Assembly: GCA_963810095.1 (NCBI GenBank) | Contig: CAWEMM010000002.1 | Span: 64,001-128,000, forward strand | Direction of reading: 5' to 3' | Origin: an uncultured Chloroflexia bacterium | Lineage (GTDB): Bacteria > Chloroflexota > Anaerolineae > CG2-30-64-16 | Length of the DNA: 64,000 nt | Shown here: positions 52,730 through 61,748 of the stretch, piece by piece | Position numbering within the stretch: the stretch's first letter is position 1 | How the letters are laid out: the number at the start of each line of letters is the position of its first letter | Notes under the pieces: generated by a model | The model's input: the letters and a program-made list of their open reading frames with translations, nothing else | The model's database searches: none | What the model was told of the DNA's origin: nothing | Translations under genes and position numbers: made by a program

Positions 52730-54832
52730 ATGCGTACCAAGCTGTTTGGCATCGTCAGCGTGCTCGTTCTGCTGAGCATGCTCCTCGGCGCTTGTGGCGG
52801 CGGAGCTGCCCCTGCGCCCACCCAGGCCCCGGCGCCCACGGCCGCGCCCGAGGCAACTAAGGCGCCAGAGCCCACGAAAGCGCCCGAAGCGACCAAGGCC
52901 CCTGAGCCGACGAAGGCACCCGAAACCGGCGGCTTCAAGATCGGTCTGGTGACTGACGTAGGCCGCGTGAACGACCGCAGCTTCAACCAGTCGGCATGGG
53001 ACGGCGTGCAGCAGGCCGCAAAGGCGCTGGGCGTTGCCGAGACCGACATCAAGTACATCGAGACGCAGGATGCGAAGGACTACGCCGACAACATGCAGCA
53101 GTTCATCGATGCCGGCTACCCGGTCATCGTGACGGTTGGCTTCGCGCTGGGCGAGGCGACGACTGCGGCGGCGAAGGCGAACCCGAAAATCGACTTCATC
53201 GGCGTCGACCAGTTCCAGGGCGAGACGCTGCCGAACCTGACGGGCCTGGTCTTCAACGAGGACCAGTCGGGCTACCTGGCGGGCGTGCTCGCGGCGAGCC
53301 TGACGAAGAGCGGGACGATTGCGGCTGTGCTGGGCACGGACCTGGTGCCGCCGGTCGTGGCGTTCAACGAGGGGTACGTGGCCGGTGCCAAGTCGGTGAA
53401 GCCGGACATCAAGGTGATCTCGACGTACCATCCGGGTGAGATCTCGCAGGCGTTTGTCGACCCCGAGTGGGGTGCGGCGACGGCGAAGCAGGCGATCGAC
53501 CAGGGTGCGGACGTGATCTTCGGCGCCGGCGGCCAGACGGGCAACGGTGCGCTGCAGGAGACGGCGACGCACGCGGGGCTGTACTGCATCGGCGTGGACA
53601 CGGACCAGTGGGAAACGGTGCCCGCGGCGCATCCGTGCCTGGTCTCCAGTGCGATGAAACTGATCACGCCCGGCGTGGTCGGGTTGACAACTGCAGCGAA
53701 GGAAGGCAAGTTCCCGGGCGGCAACTACTTCGGCGGCGCGGGGCTGGCCCCGTTCCACGATTTCGAAGACAAGGTGCCGGCAGACGTCAAGACGCTGCTT
53801 GAAAAGACCGCCGCGGGCCTGGCTGACGGCTCGATCAAGACCGGCTACGTGCCTGGCGGCGCGCCCGCCGAGGAAGCGACGCCGGCCGTCAAGGCGCCGG
53901 AGGGCTTCAAGATCGGTCTGGTGACCGACGTGGGCCGCGTGAACGACCGCAGCTTCAACCAGTCGGCATGGGACGGCGTGCAGCAGGCCGCAAAGGCGCT
54001 GGGCGTTGCCGAGACCGACATCAAGTACATCGAGACGCAGGATGCGAAGGACTATGCCGACAACATGCAGCAGTTCATCGATGCCGGCTACCCGGTCATC
54101 GTGACGGTCGGCTTCGCACTGGGCGAGGCGACGACTGCGGCGGCGAAGGCGAACCCGAAGATCAACTTCATCGGCGTCGACCAGTTCCAGGGCGAGACGC
54201 TGCCGAACCTGACGGGCCTGGTGTTCCACGAGGACCAGTCGGGCTACCTGGCCGGCACGCTGGCCGCGAACCTGACGAAGAGCGGGACGATTGCGGCAGT
54301 GCTGGGCACGGACCTGGTGCCGCCGGTCGTGGCGTTCAACGAGGGGTACGTGGCCGGTGCCAAGGCTGTGAAGCCGGACATCAAGGTCATCTCGACGTAC
54401 CATCCGGGTGAGATTTCGCAGGCGTTTGTCGACCCCGAGTGGGGTGCGGCGACGGCGAAGCAGGCGATCGACCAGGGTGCGGACGTGATCTTCGGCGCCG
54501 GCGGCCAGACGGGCAACGGTGCGCTGCAAGAGACGGCGACGCACGCGGGGCTGTACTGCATCGGCGTGGACTCGGACCAGTGGGAAACGGTGCCCGCGGC
54601 GCATCCGTGCCTGGTCTCCAGCGCGATGAAGATGATCACGCCCGGCGTGATCGAACTCGCGAGCGCGGCTGCGGCCAGCAAGTTCCCGGGCGGCAACTAC
54701 TTCGGCGGCGCGGGGCTGGCCCCGTTCCACGATTTCGAGAGCAAGATCCCGGCCGAGCTGAAGACGACGCTGGAGAAGCTGGCGGGCGACCTGAAGAGCG
54801 GCGCGGTCAAGACCGGCTACAACCCGCAGTAA
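52730..54832 (+). CDS. BMP/PnrA-family nucleoside-binding lipoprotein with two tandem binding domains
   Basis: Lipobox LGAC; PE(A/P)TKA linker; twice GLVTDVGRVNDRSFNQSAW..IGVD..EDQSGYLAG..GADVIFGAGG..IGVD. Confidence 0.92.
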   Translation: MRTKLFGIVSVLVLLSMLLGACGGGAAPAPTQAPAPTAAPEATKAPEPTKAPEATKAPEPTKAPETGGFKIGLVTDVGRVNDRSFNQSAWDGVQQAAKALGVAETDIKYIETQDAKDYADNMQQFIDAGYPVIVTVGFALGEATTAAAKANPKIDFIGVDQFQGETLPNLTGLVFNEDQSGYLAGVLAASLTKSGTIAAVLGTDLVPPVVAFNEGYVAGAKSVKPDIKVISTYHPGEISQAFVDPEWGAATAKQAIDQGADVIFGAGGQTGNGALQETATHAGLYCIGVDTDQWETVPAAHPCLVSSAMKLITPGVVGLTTAAKEGKFPGGNYFGGAGLAPFHDFEDKVPADVKTLLEKTAAGLADGSIKTGYVPGGAPAEEATPAVKAPEGFKIGLVTDVGRVNDRSFNQSAWDGVQQAAKALGVAETDIKYIETQDAKDYADNMQQFIDAGYPVIVTVGFALGEATTAAAKANPKINFIGVDQFQGETLPNLTGLVFHEDQSGYLAGTLAANLTKSGTIAAVLGTDLVPPVVAFNEGYVAGAKAVKPDIKVISTYHPGEISQAFVDPEWGAATAKQAIDQGADVIFGAGGQTGNGALQETATHAGLYCIGVDSDQWETVPAAHPCLVSSAMKMITPGVIELASAAAASKFPGGNYFGGAGLAPFHDFESKIPAELKTTLEKLAGDLKSGAVKTGYNPQ
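52931..54820 (+). repeat. Near-identical intragenic duplication, 972-bp period
   Basis: GGCTTCAAGATCGGTCTGGTGAC starts at 52931 and 53903; copies stay colinear to AAGACCGGCTAC. Confidence 0.95.
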
Positions 54833-54848
54833 CAACCATCCGAAATGA

Positions 54849-55059
54849 GCCGGCAGTGCAGACTGAGGGCGCAGGCCGCAGTCTGCACTGCCGGCAAGGT
54901 GTGCGCCGACGCGACCGGCGCCGAGCGTAAGTGAGCGCGGGGAGTCGGCTGCAATGCCAGTCGGACCCCGGTTGGCTGGGCGCCCTCCGTGCCTGGCCTG
55001 ACCCCCCGCATCGATAGCAGTTGCTTCGGGTGACTGCCACCACGACGGTGGCAGTCACC
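54849..55059. repeat. Two perfect hairpins between binding protein and permease
   Basis: GCCGGCAGTGCAGACTG/CAGTCTGCACTGCCGGC (54849-54895) and GGTGACTGCCACC/GGTGGCAGTCACC (55029-55059). Confidence 0.8.
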
Positions 55060-55111
55060 GTGACTTAATGTCGGGCGGTTGCCCGATCTACTATCGCCCC
55101 AAGGTGGATGA

Positions 55112-56236
55112 ATGAAAGCGACTCAAGTCCTCCGCCGCGCGCTCCAGCCTCTGCTGATACCGTTTCTTGCCCTGGTGACGGCTTTGGCGGTGGGCGCCAT
55201 CGTGATGTGGATCTTTGGCGACCCGCCCCTCAAGGCATATCAGGGCTTGTTCAACGGCGCGTTCGGTAGTCCGGCAGCAATTGCTCGGACGATCCGGAAA
55301 ATCTCGCCGTTCCTGTTGACTGGGCTCTCGGTCGCCGTGGCCTTTAAGGCCGGTCTTTTCAACATCGGCGCCTCGGGGCAGTTCGTCATGGGGACGGTCG
55401 CATCCGTCGCCGTCGGTATCAATTTCAAAGGGTTGCCCGCACCCATTCATCTGCCCCTGGCGCTGCTGGCCGGCATCGCGGCCGGCGCTTTTTGGGGCGC
55501 AATCCCCGGTATGCTGAAAGTATTCACGGGCGCCCATGAAGTCATTGTCACCATCATGCTGAATTATGTCGCAGCGAACTTCGCGGGCTGGCTCGTCTAC
55601 GCGGGCGGCAGCCAGGGGCAAACACCCGGCCCGCTGTGGGATCGCACGGCCCGCGCCATTTCAGAGACCCCCGACGTCCTCGCGAGCGCCCAGATCCCAT
55701 GGATCGTCGGCCCGCCGTTCCGCATACACTACGGCATCGTATTGGCGCTCCTGTCGGCCCTGCTGATCTGGTGGATTATCTATAAGACAGTGATCGGGTT
55801 CGAGATTCGCACCGTCGGCCAGAACATGAAGGCGGCCCAGTACGCCGGTATGCGCGTCAAGTGGTCCATCGTCCTGGCGATGAGCATTGCGGGCGCGCTC
55901 GCCGGGCTGGCCGGCGCGATCGAGACGCTGGGCCTAAATCACAAGTTTGCACCCGAGTTTGGCGGCGCAGTCGGCTTCGACGGGATCACGGTTGCGCTGC
56001 TCGGCCAGACGCACCCCTTAGGGGTCGTGCTCGCCTCAGTCCTTTTCGCGGCGCTGGACTCGGGCGCCGCACAGATGCAGTTCAACTCAGGCGTCGCGGC
56101 CGACATTATCCAGATCATCCAGGCGGTGATCCTGGCATTCGTCGCTGCGCCGACCATCATTCGTGAGCTGTACCATCTGCCTTCCAAGAGCAAAGAAGCC
56201 GAAGGGGCACCGAAGATCAGTTGGGGGGCCCAATGA
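55112..56236 (+). CDS. Nucleoside-type ABC transporter permease 1
   Basis: GLFNIGASGQ, HEVIVTIMLNY, GFEIRTVG.N, GFDGITVALLG. Confidence 0.93.
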   Translation: MKATQVLRRALQPLLIPFLALVTALAVGAIVMWIFGDPPLKAYQGLFNGAFGSPAAIARTIRKISPFLLTGLSVAVAFKAGLFNIGASGQFVMGTVASVAVGINFKGLPAPIHLPLALLAGIAAGAFWGAIPGMLKVFTGAHEVIVTIMLNYVAANFAGWLVYAGGSQGQTPGPLWDRTARAISETPDVLASAQIPWIVGPPFRIHYGIVLALLSALLIWWIIYKTVIGFEIRTVGQNMKAAQYAGMRVKWSIVLAMSIAGALAGLAGAIETLGLNHKFAPEFGGAVGFDGITVALLGQTHPLGVVLASVLFAALDSGAAQMQFNSGVAADIIQIIQAVILAFVAAPTIIRELYHLPSKSKEAEGAPKISWGAQ

Positions 56237-57279
56237 ACGCCAAGTCAATGAACCTCAAGAACATTGGCAAACTCGCCTTGCTGCTGCTCGTGCTGACGCT
56301 CATCATCCTGGTCAACACGACGGCGTTGCGGCAGGTCACCTGGCTGCGGATCCTCTTCGGGATCAGCGCGCTCAACTTTACCCTGCGCGCCACGATCCCG
56401 CTCGTGCTCGGTGCACTGAGCGGCATCCTGTGCGAGCGCACGGGCATCATCAACATCGGTATCGAGGGAATGATGCTGGCAGGGGCGTTCGCGGCTTTTG
56501 TGGCGAAGGTCGCGACGAACAGTTGGCCCTTGCTGGCCAGCCTCCTGTTTGGCATCTTCGTCGCGCTCGTGGTGGGCGCCTTGATGGGGCTGCTGCACGG
56601 CACCTTGTCGATCCGTTACCGGATGGACCAGATCATCTCGGGCACCGTGATCATCATCCTGGCCACCGGCATCACGGCCTACTTGTTTGATCGCAACGCC
56701 ATCGCTGCCGGGAAGTTCTCGCCGATCAGCATCCCGTTGCTGTCGAAGATCCCCGTCATTGGCGACGTTCTCTTCAGCAACCCGCCCATCACGTACGCTG
56801 CGTTGATCCTGGTCTTCGTGCTGCAGATCGCCCTGTTCCGCACCCGCTGGGGGCTGCGGACGCGGGCTTGCGGCGAACATCCCCGGGCGGCCGATACGGT
56901 GGGTATCAAGGTGAACCGGTATCGCTACGTCAATACGATGCTGGGAGGCGCGGTGGCCGCGCTGGGCGGCGCCTACCTTGTGCTGGAAGCAGTTGGGCAG
57001 TTCCAGGAGGGCATGACCGCAGGCCGCGGCTTCATTTCCCTGGCGGCCATGATCTTCGGCAACTGGAATCCCATCGGCGCACTGGCGGCGGCAAGTCTGT
57101 TTGGCTACACCCAGGCGCTCCAGAATGAGCTGCTTCTGGCCGGATTCACCAACATTCCCCGCCAGTTTGTTGCCATGTTGCCTTACCTGGTCACGATCGT
57201 TGCGGTCGCCGGCTTCGTCGGCCGCGTGCGGGCGCCCGCCGCAGAAGGCAAGGTCTACCAGACGGAGGGTGGCGAATGA
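56233..57279 (+). CDS. Nucleoside-type ABC transporter permease 2
   Basis: ERTGIINIGIEG, DQIISG, GLRTRACGEHP, GRGFISLAAMIFGNW, LPYLVT. Confidence 0.93.
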   Translation: MNAKSMNLKNIGKLALLLLVLTLIILVNTTALRQVTWLRILFGISALNFTLRATIPLVLGALSGILCERTGIINIGIEGMMLAGAFAAFVAKVATNSWPLLASLLFGIFVALVVGALMGLLHGTLSIRYRMDQIISGTVIIILATGITAYLFDRNAIAAGKFSPISIPLLSKIPVIGDVLFSNPPITYAALILVFVLQIALFRTRWGLRTRACGEHPRAADTVGIKVNRYRYVNTMLGGAVAALGGAYLVLEAVGQFQEGMTAGRGFISLAAMIFGNWNPIGALAAASLFGYTQALQNELLLAGFTNIPRQFVAMLPYLVTIVAVAGFVGRVRAPAAEGKVYQTEGGE

Positions 57280-58853
57280 GCGACCAGCGCGTTCCCGTTC
57301 TTGAGGCTCGCGGCATCACGAAGAAGTTTCCCGGCGTCACTGCGAACCAGGACGTCAACCTCAAGCTGTTCGCGGGCGAAATCCTGGCGCTGCTCGGCGA
57401 GAACGGCGCCGGCAAGTCCACCCTGATGAATATCATCTACGGCTTGTATCGCCCGACCGAAGGGGAGATCCTCGTGAACGGGCAGGTCGTACGGATGAAC
57501 ACGCCCCGCGATGCGATTGCGCTCGGCATCGGGATGGTGCACCAGCACTTCCAGCTCGTGCCGGTCATGACCGTCGCAGAGAATATCATGCTGGGGAGCG
57601 AGAGCGTTCGCAACGGCCTTCTCGACGTGAAGAAGGTCGCCGAGGAGGTGACGCAGCTGTCGCAGAAGTATCAGCTGGACGTCGATCCGTACGCGATCAT
57701 CGAGGATCTGCCCGTGGGCATGCGGCAGCGGGTCGAGATCATCAAGACGCTGTACCGGAATGCCAACATCCTGATCCTCGACGAGCCAACCGCTGTGTTG
57801 ACGCCGCAGGAGATCGAGGGCTTGTTCCAGGTGATGGAGCTCCTGCGCCAGCAGGGAAAATCGATTATCTTCATCACCCATAAGCTCAAAGAAGTGCTGC
57901 GGATCGCCGACCGGATCAACGTCCTCCGAGGTGGCCGGGTGGTCGGTGAGGCCGATCCCAAGGCGTCGACCCAGGGCCTGCTGGCGTCCATGATGGTCGG
58001 TCGCGAGGTCATCTTGACGGTGGAGAAGGACGAAGCGAAGCCCGCCGGGTGCGTCCTGCAGGTCGAACACTTATCCACCCGTAACGATCTGGGTGGGCCT
58101 GCGCTGAGCGACATATCCTTCGAGGTGTATGCGGGCGAGATCGTTGGCGTCGCGGGTGTGCAGGGCAACGGGCAGACGGAACTCGTCGAGGTGCTGACCG
58201 GGCTGCGAAAAGCCGATCGGGGCCACGTCCGGCTCAACGACACGGACATGACCAACGCTGGCCCGCGCCGCATCACGCAGGAAGGCATGAGCTGCCACAT
58301 CCCGGAAGACCGGCATGCGCACGGGATGGTCGTCTCCTACTCCGTGGCCGACAACCTGGTCCTCAACACGTACAACTTGAAGCCGTTTGCACGCGGCGTC
58401 AATATTAACCAGCCGGCAATCGTCGAGCACGCGAAGGAACTGATCAAGCGGTTTGACGTGCGCACGCCGAGCCCGCAGACGCATGCGGGCAGCCTGTCGG
58501 GCGGCAACCAGCAGAAGATGGTGGTGGCGCGCGAGTTGAGCCGGCCGATCAAGCTGCTCATCGCGTCACAGCCGACCCGCGGCATCGACGTCGGCTCGAT
58601 CGAGTTCATCCATAACCAAATCGTCCGCAAGCGGGACGACGGCGTCGCCGTGCTTCTGGTCAGCTCCGAACTGGACGAGATCATGGCACTTTCCGACCGC
58701 ATCGTCGTCATGTACAAGGGCGAGATCATCGGCACGGTGCCGCGTGCCCAGGCGACCCGCGAAGGGTTGGGCCTCCTGATGGCAGGCGTTCACCCGGAGC
58801 CGGGCAGCGCGGCGGCGAGCGCACCGGCGAGCGCACCGGCGAGCGCCGATTGA
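57276..58853 (+). CDS. CUT2-family double-domain ABC ATPase
   Basis: GENGAGKST, MVHQHF, LDEPTAVL, IPEDR, LSGGNQQK, QPTRGID. Confidence 0.95.
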   Translation: MSDQRVPVLEARGITKKFPGVTANQDVNLKLFAGEILALLGENGAGKSTLMNIIYGLYRPTEGEILVNGQVVRMNTPRDAIALGIGMVHQHFQLVPVMTVAENIMLGSESVRNGLLDVKKVAEEVTQLSQKYQLDVDPYAIIEDLPVGMRQRVEIIKTLYRNANILILDEPTAVLTPQEIEGLFQVMELLRQQGKSIIFITHKLKEVLRIADRINVLRGGRVVGEADPKASTQGLLASMMVGREVILTVEKDEAKPAGCVLQVEHLSTRNDLGGPALSDISFEVYAGEIVGVAGVQGNGQTELVEVLTGLRKADRGHVRLNDTDMTNAGPRRITQEGMSCHIPEDRHAHGMVVSYSVADNLVLNTYNLKPFARGVNINQPAIVEHAKELIKRFDVRTPSPQTHAGSLSGGNQQKMVVARELSRPIKLLIASQPTRGIDVGSIEFIHNQIVRKRDDGVAVLLVSSELDEIMALSDRIVVMYKGEIIGTVPRAQATREGLGLLMAGVHPEPGSAAASAPASAPASAD

Positions 58854-58872
58854 TACAAGACGAATCTAACTT

Positions 58873-58969
58873 GCCACAGAGGGCACCGAGGTCGCAGAGG
58901 GCTTCGAGCGGGAGGTAGGCGCCACCCGCTTTCAGAGAGAACCTCTGGGGCCTCGGTGTCCTTTGCGGC
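58873..58969. repeat. CACRGAG-type inverted repeat (9-nt period)
   Basis: GCCACAGAGGGCACCGAGGTCGCAGAGG...CCTCTGGGGCCTCGGTGTCCTTTGCGGC. Confidence 0.7.
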
Positions 58970-58983
58970 TAGAGGGAAACTGA

Positions 58984-59745
58984 ATGCGTACGGAACGAGC
59001 CAGCTTCGCGGGTGGACAGGGGACGCAGTTGGGCGGCCGGCTGGATCTCCCGGACGACGGTGAGCCGCGGGCCTTCGCCGTCTTCGCACACTGCTTTGGC
59101 TGCACGAAAAACCTCAAGACGATCGGGAACGTGGACCGGGTGCTGACCGAAGCGGGCATCGGGGTGCTGCGTTTCGACTTTACAGGGTTAGGCGACAGCG
59201 AAGGCGACTTTTCAGACACCAACTTCACGTCGAACGTAGAAGACGTTGCCGCGGCCGCCGCGTTTCTTGCCGAAAATCACCAGGCCCCGAGCCTGCTGAT
59301 CGGACATTCGCTGGGGGGCGCGGCCGTCATGCTGGCGGCGCACACAATCCCCTCAGCCCGGGCCGTCGTCACCATTGCCGCGCCTGCCGACCTGAGCCAC
59401 CTCGGCGACACCATCGTCAGCCAGGCACCCGAAATCGAGCAGACCGGCGAAGCCGAAGTGATGCTGATTGGCCGCCGCTTCCACATCAAGAAGCAGTTCC
59501 TCGAGGACCTGGAACAGGGCAGCATGGAGCAGATCGTGGGCGGCCTGCGGCTCCCCTTGCTCATCCTTCACGCGCCGGAAGATGACGTCGTCTCCATCAA
59601 AAGCGCCGAGCGGCTCTATGCGATGGCGCGCCAGCCGAAAAGCCTTGTGGCCCTCGACCGCGCCGACCACCTCCTGCTCGAACGCGACGACGCGGAATAC
59701 GCGGGCCGCATCATCGTCGGCTGGTTTGGGAGGTATCTCCCCTAA
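58984..59745 (+). CDS. Alpha/beta hydrolase (type usually fused to OsmC; no OsmC domain here)
   Basis: FAHCF.C, LRFDFTGLGDSEG, GHSLGG, HAPEDD, ADHLL catalytic triad. Confidence 0.88.
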   Translation: MRTERASFAGGQGTQLGGRLDLPDDGEPRAFAVFAHCFGCTKNLKTIGNVDRVLTEAGIGVLRFDFTGLGDSEGDFSDTNFTSNVEDVAAAAAFLAENHQAPSLLIGHSLGGAAVMLAAHTIPSARAVVTIAAPADLSHLGDTIVSQAPEIEQTGEAEVMLIGRRFHIKKQFLEDLEQGSMEQIVGGLRLPLLILHAPEDDVVSIKSAERLYAMARQPKSLVALDRADHLLLERDDAEYAGRIIVGWFGRYLP

Positions 59746-60303
59746 ATGGCGTTCGTTGAGATCATGTTCATCGCCGTCGGCTTGGCGATGGATGCGTTCG
59801 CAGTCTGCCTCGGCGCGGGGACGACCCGTTTCATCGACGGCCCGCGCCCGGTCTTCCGCCTGTCATTCCATTTCGGGTTGTTCCAGGCGCTCATGCCCGT
59901 CCTCGGCTGGCTCGCCGGCGCTTTCGTCGCTCAGTACATATCCGCCTGGGACCACTGGATCGCATTCGGGCTACTCGCGTTCGTCGGCGTCCGGATGGTG
60001 CGCTCGGGGCTCGACACGAGCGGCGAGTGCCACGAAACGGACCCATCCCGCGGCAGCACGCTGATCATGCTGGCCGTGGCGACAAGCATCGACGCGTTTG
60101 CCGTCGGCCTCACGCTGGCCATGCTCGAGGTGAACATCCTCTATCCGGCCATCGTGATCGGCGTGGTGTGCGCCGCGCTTTCCGTGTTGGGACTGGCGCT
60201 CGGTCACCGGCTGGGGTGCGCGTTCGGCAAGCGGATGGAGGTCGTCGGCGGCTTGATCCTGGTCCTGATCGGCTTAAGGGTGGTGATCTCACACATCATG
60301 TAG
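59746..60303 (+). CDS. mntP: Manganese efflux pump MntP family
   Basis: LAMDAFAV, FGLFQALMP, DHWIAF, ATSIDAFAVG. Confidence 0.92.
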   Translation: MAFVEIMFIAVGLAMDAFAVCLGAGTTRFIDGPRPVFRLSFHFGLFQALMPVLGWLAGAFVAQYISAWDHWIAFGLLAFVGVRMVRSGLDTSGECHETDPSRGSTLIMLAVATSIDAFAVGLTLAMLEVNILYPAIVIGVVCAALSVLGLALGHRLGCAFGKRMEVVGGLILVLIGLRVVISHIM

Positions 60304-60371
60304 GCCGGGTATGGTACAATGTTGTGCTGATACCCCTCGTAGACTAAACGAGTCGCAGCGTGAGAATGTCC

Positions 60372-60424
60372 GCTCTGGCCGGTCTCGTACGCCAGCCAAG
60401 CTGGCGTACGAGACCGGCCAGAGC
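60372..60424. repeat. Perfect 25-bp inverted repeat with 3-nt loop
   Basis: GCTCTGGCCGGTCTCGTACGCCAGC-caa-GCTGGCGTACGAGACCGGCCAGAGC. Confidence 0.9.
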
Positions 60425-60619
60425 AATTTCACCTGGCGCTTGGTTTAGGAATCGATTCGAGACCGGCCCCGGCTAGTTCTCGGATCGATACTAATCGCAA
60501 AGCGGGGTTGGGCATGGAGGGCGAGCTATAGCTCGCCCCTGTTTACGTGTGCAACCCCTCAGGGGTCGTGCACGCCTGGTGACACTGATAACGATGCCCA
60601 CTTTCCTGGAGTCACAAGT

Positions 60620-61651
60620 ATGGTAAGCCGTTTCTCACGTCTGGTCTCGTTCGGCCTGGTGGCGGCGATCTTGATCCTCGCTCTGGCAGCCTGCGCGCCC
60701 GTGCCCGCACCCCCGTCCGGCGGCGCTGCCGGACCGACGACGGCTGGCGCAGTCCCGACTGTTCCTGCGGCCTCGGGCGACGCCACGCTGAAGCTGGCGT
60801 TGATCCCCGTGCTCGACACCATTCCGATTTACATTGCCCTGCAAAACGGCTATTTCAAGGACCAGGGCATCCAGGTGGAGACCGTGCCCGTGAAGAGTCC
60901 GCAGGAGCGGGACGTTCTGCTCCAGACCGGGCAGGTGGACGGGGTGCTGACCGATCTGCAGGGGGTGGGGCTGTTGAATAAGGACGCAGCCAAGGTCAAG
61001 GCCGTCTATACGTCCCGCCGGCCGTTCCCCGATGCGCCGCTCTTCCGCATTCTGGCGAGCCCGAAGTCGAATATCACGAAGCCGGCCGACTTGAAGGGCG
61101 TGCCGATTGGCATCAGCAAGAACACGATCATCGAGTACCTCACGGATCGCATCCTGACGGCGGAGGGCTTGGCCGCGGGCGACATCAATAAGCTCGACGC
61201 AGGCGCGATAACCACGCGCTACGAGCAGTTGATGAACGGCAACCTGCAAGCCGCGGTCCTGCCCGACCCGCTAGCCCAGGGCGCGATTGCCGGCGGCGCA
61301 AAACTCGTCGCCGACGACACGAAGTACCAGGAGCTCTCCCAGTCCGTCCTCGTCTTTCAGGACGCGACGCTGAAGGCCCAGCCGGAGACCGTCACCAAGT
61401 TCCTGGCCGCATGGGAGCGGGCCGTCAAGGAAGTGAACGCCAATCCCGAGAAGTACCGGGCCGTCCTGATGGAGCAGGGCCGCGTACCGAAGGCGATCCA
61501 GGATTCCTACAAGATGCCACCTTTCCCCGAGCGGGGCGTGCCGAGCGAAAAAGAGGTCGCCGACGTCACTGCCTGGCTGAAAGAAAAAGGGCTGGTCAGC
61601 CGGGAGATCCCTTACACCGACATGGTGGACGCGTCATTCCTGCCGAAATAG
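60620..61651 (+). CDS. SsuA/NMT1/MetQ-like substrate-binding lipoprotein
   Basis: Lipobox LAAC; PIYIALQNGYFKDQGI, GQVDG, DLKG..IG, AAVLPDP. Confidence 0.85.
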   Translation: MVSRFSRLVSFGLVAAILILALAACAPVPAPPSGGAAGPTTAGAVPTVPAASGDATLKLALIPVLDTIPIYIALQNGYFKDQGIQVETVPVKSPQERDVLLQTGQVDGVLTDLQGVGLLNKDAAKVKAVYTSRRPFPDAPLFRILASPKSNITKPADLKGVPIGISKNTIIEYLTDRILTAEGLAAGDINKLDAGAITTRYEQLMNGNLQAAVLPDPLAQGAIAGGAKLVADDTKYQELSQSVLVFQDATLKAQPETVTKFLAAWERAVKEVNANPEKYRAVLMEQGRVPKAIQDSYKMPPFPERGVPSEKEVADVTAWLKEKGLVSREIPYTDMVDASFLPK

Positions 61652-61688
61652 CGCGGTGATCCATCTGCCGGCGGGATTGTTCCCGTGC

Positions 61689-61727
61689 TTAAGGAACCAG
61701 GTTTCGCCGCGAAACCTGGTTCCTTAA
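61689..61727. repeat. Perfect GAAACC-type palindrome (19-bp arms)
   Basis: TTAAGGAACCAGGTTTCGC-C-GCGAAACCTGGTTCCTTAA. Confidence 0.85.
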
Positions 61728-61748
61728 CACCGAGAGTTGTTTTCCGTG

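Noticed and set aside
52805-52925. PE(A/P)TKA 18-bp repeats as a contingency locus
   Set aside because: In-frame Pro/Thr/Ala lipoprotein linker; changes in unit number would not switch the frame.
52682-54835. Long antisense or alternative-frame ORFs (e.g. 52682-54835, 40332-42053, 41869-43548, 16638-18221, 47158-48657)
   Set aside because: Shadow ORFs expected from high-GC codon bias opposite well-supported genes; no recognisable motifs.
58860-59745. yybP-ykoY Mn riboswitch for mntP
   Set aside because: mntP abuts the hydrolase stop codon and the upstream gap is occupied by a CACRGAG-type repeat; no consensus visible.
60510-60600. SAM-I riboswitch suggested by GGAGGG..GCCC..GCAACC
   Set aside because: Lacks the 5' TTATC.AGAG and 3' GAT.A core; kept only as an unclassified structured leader.
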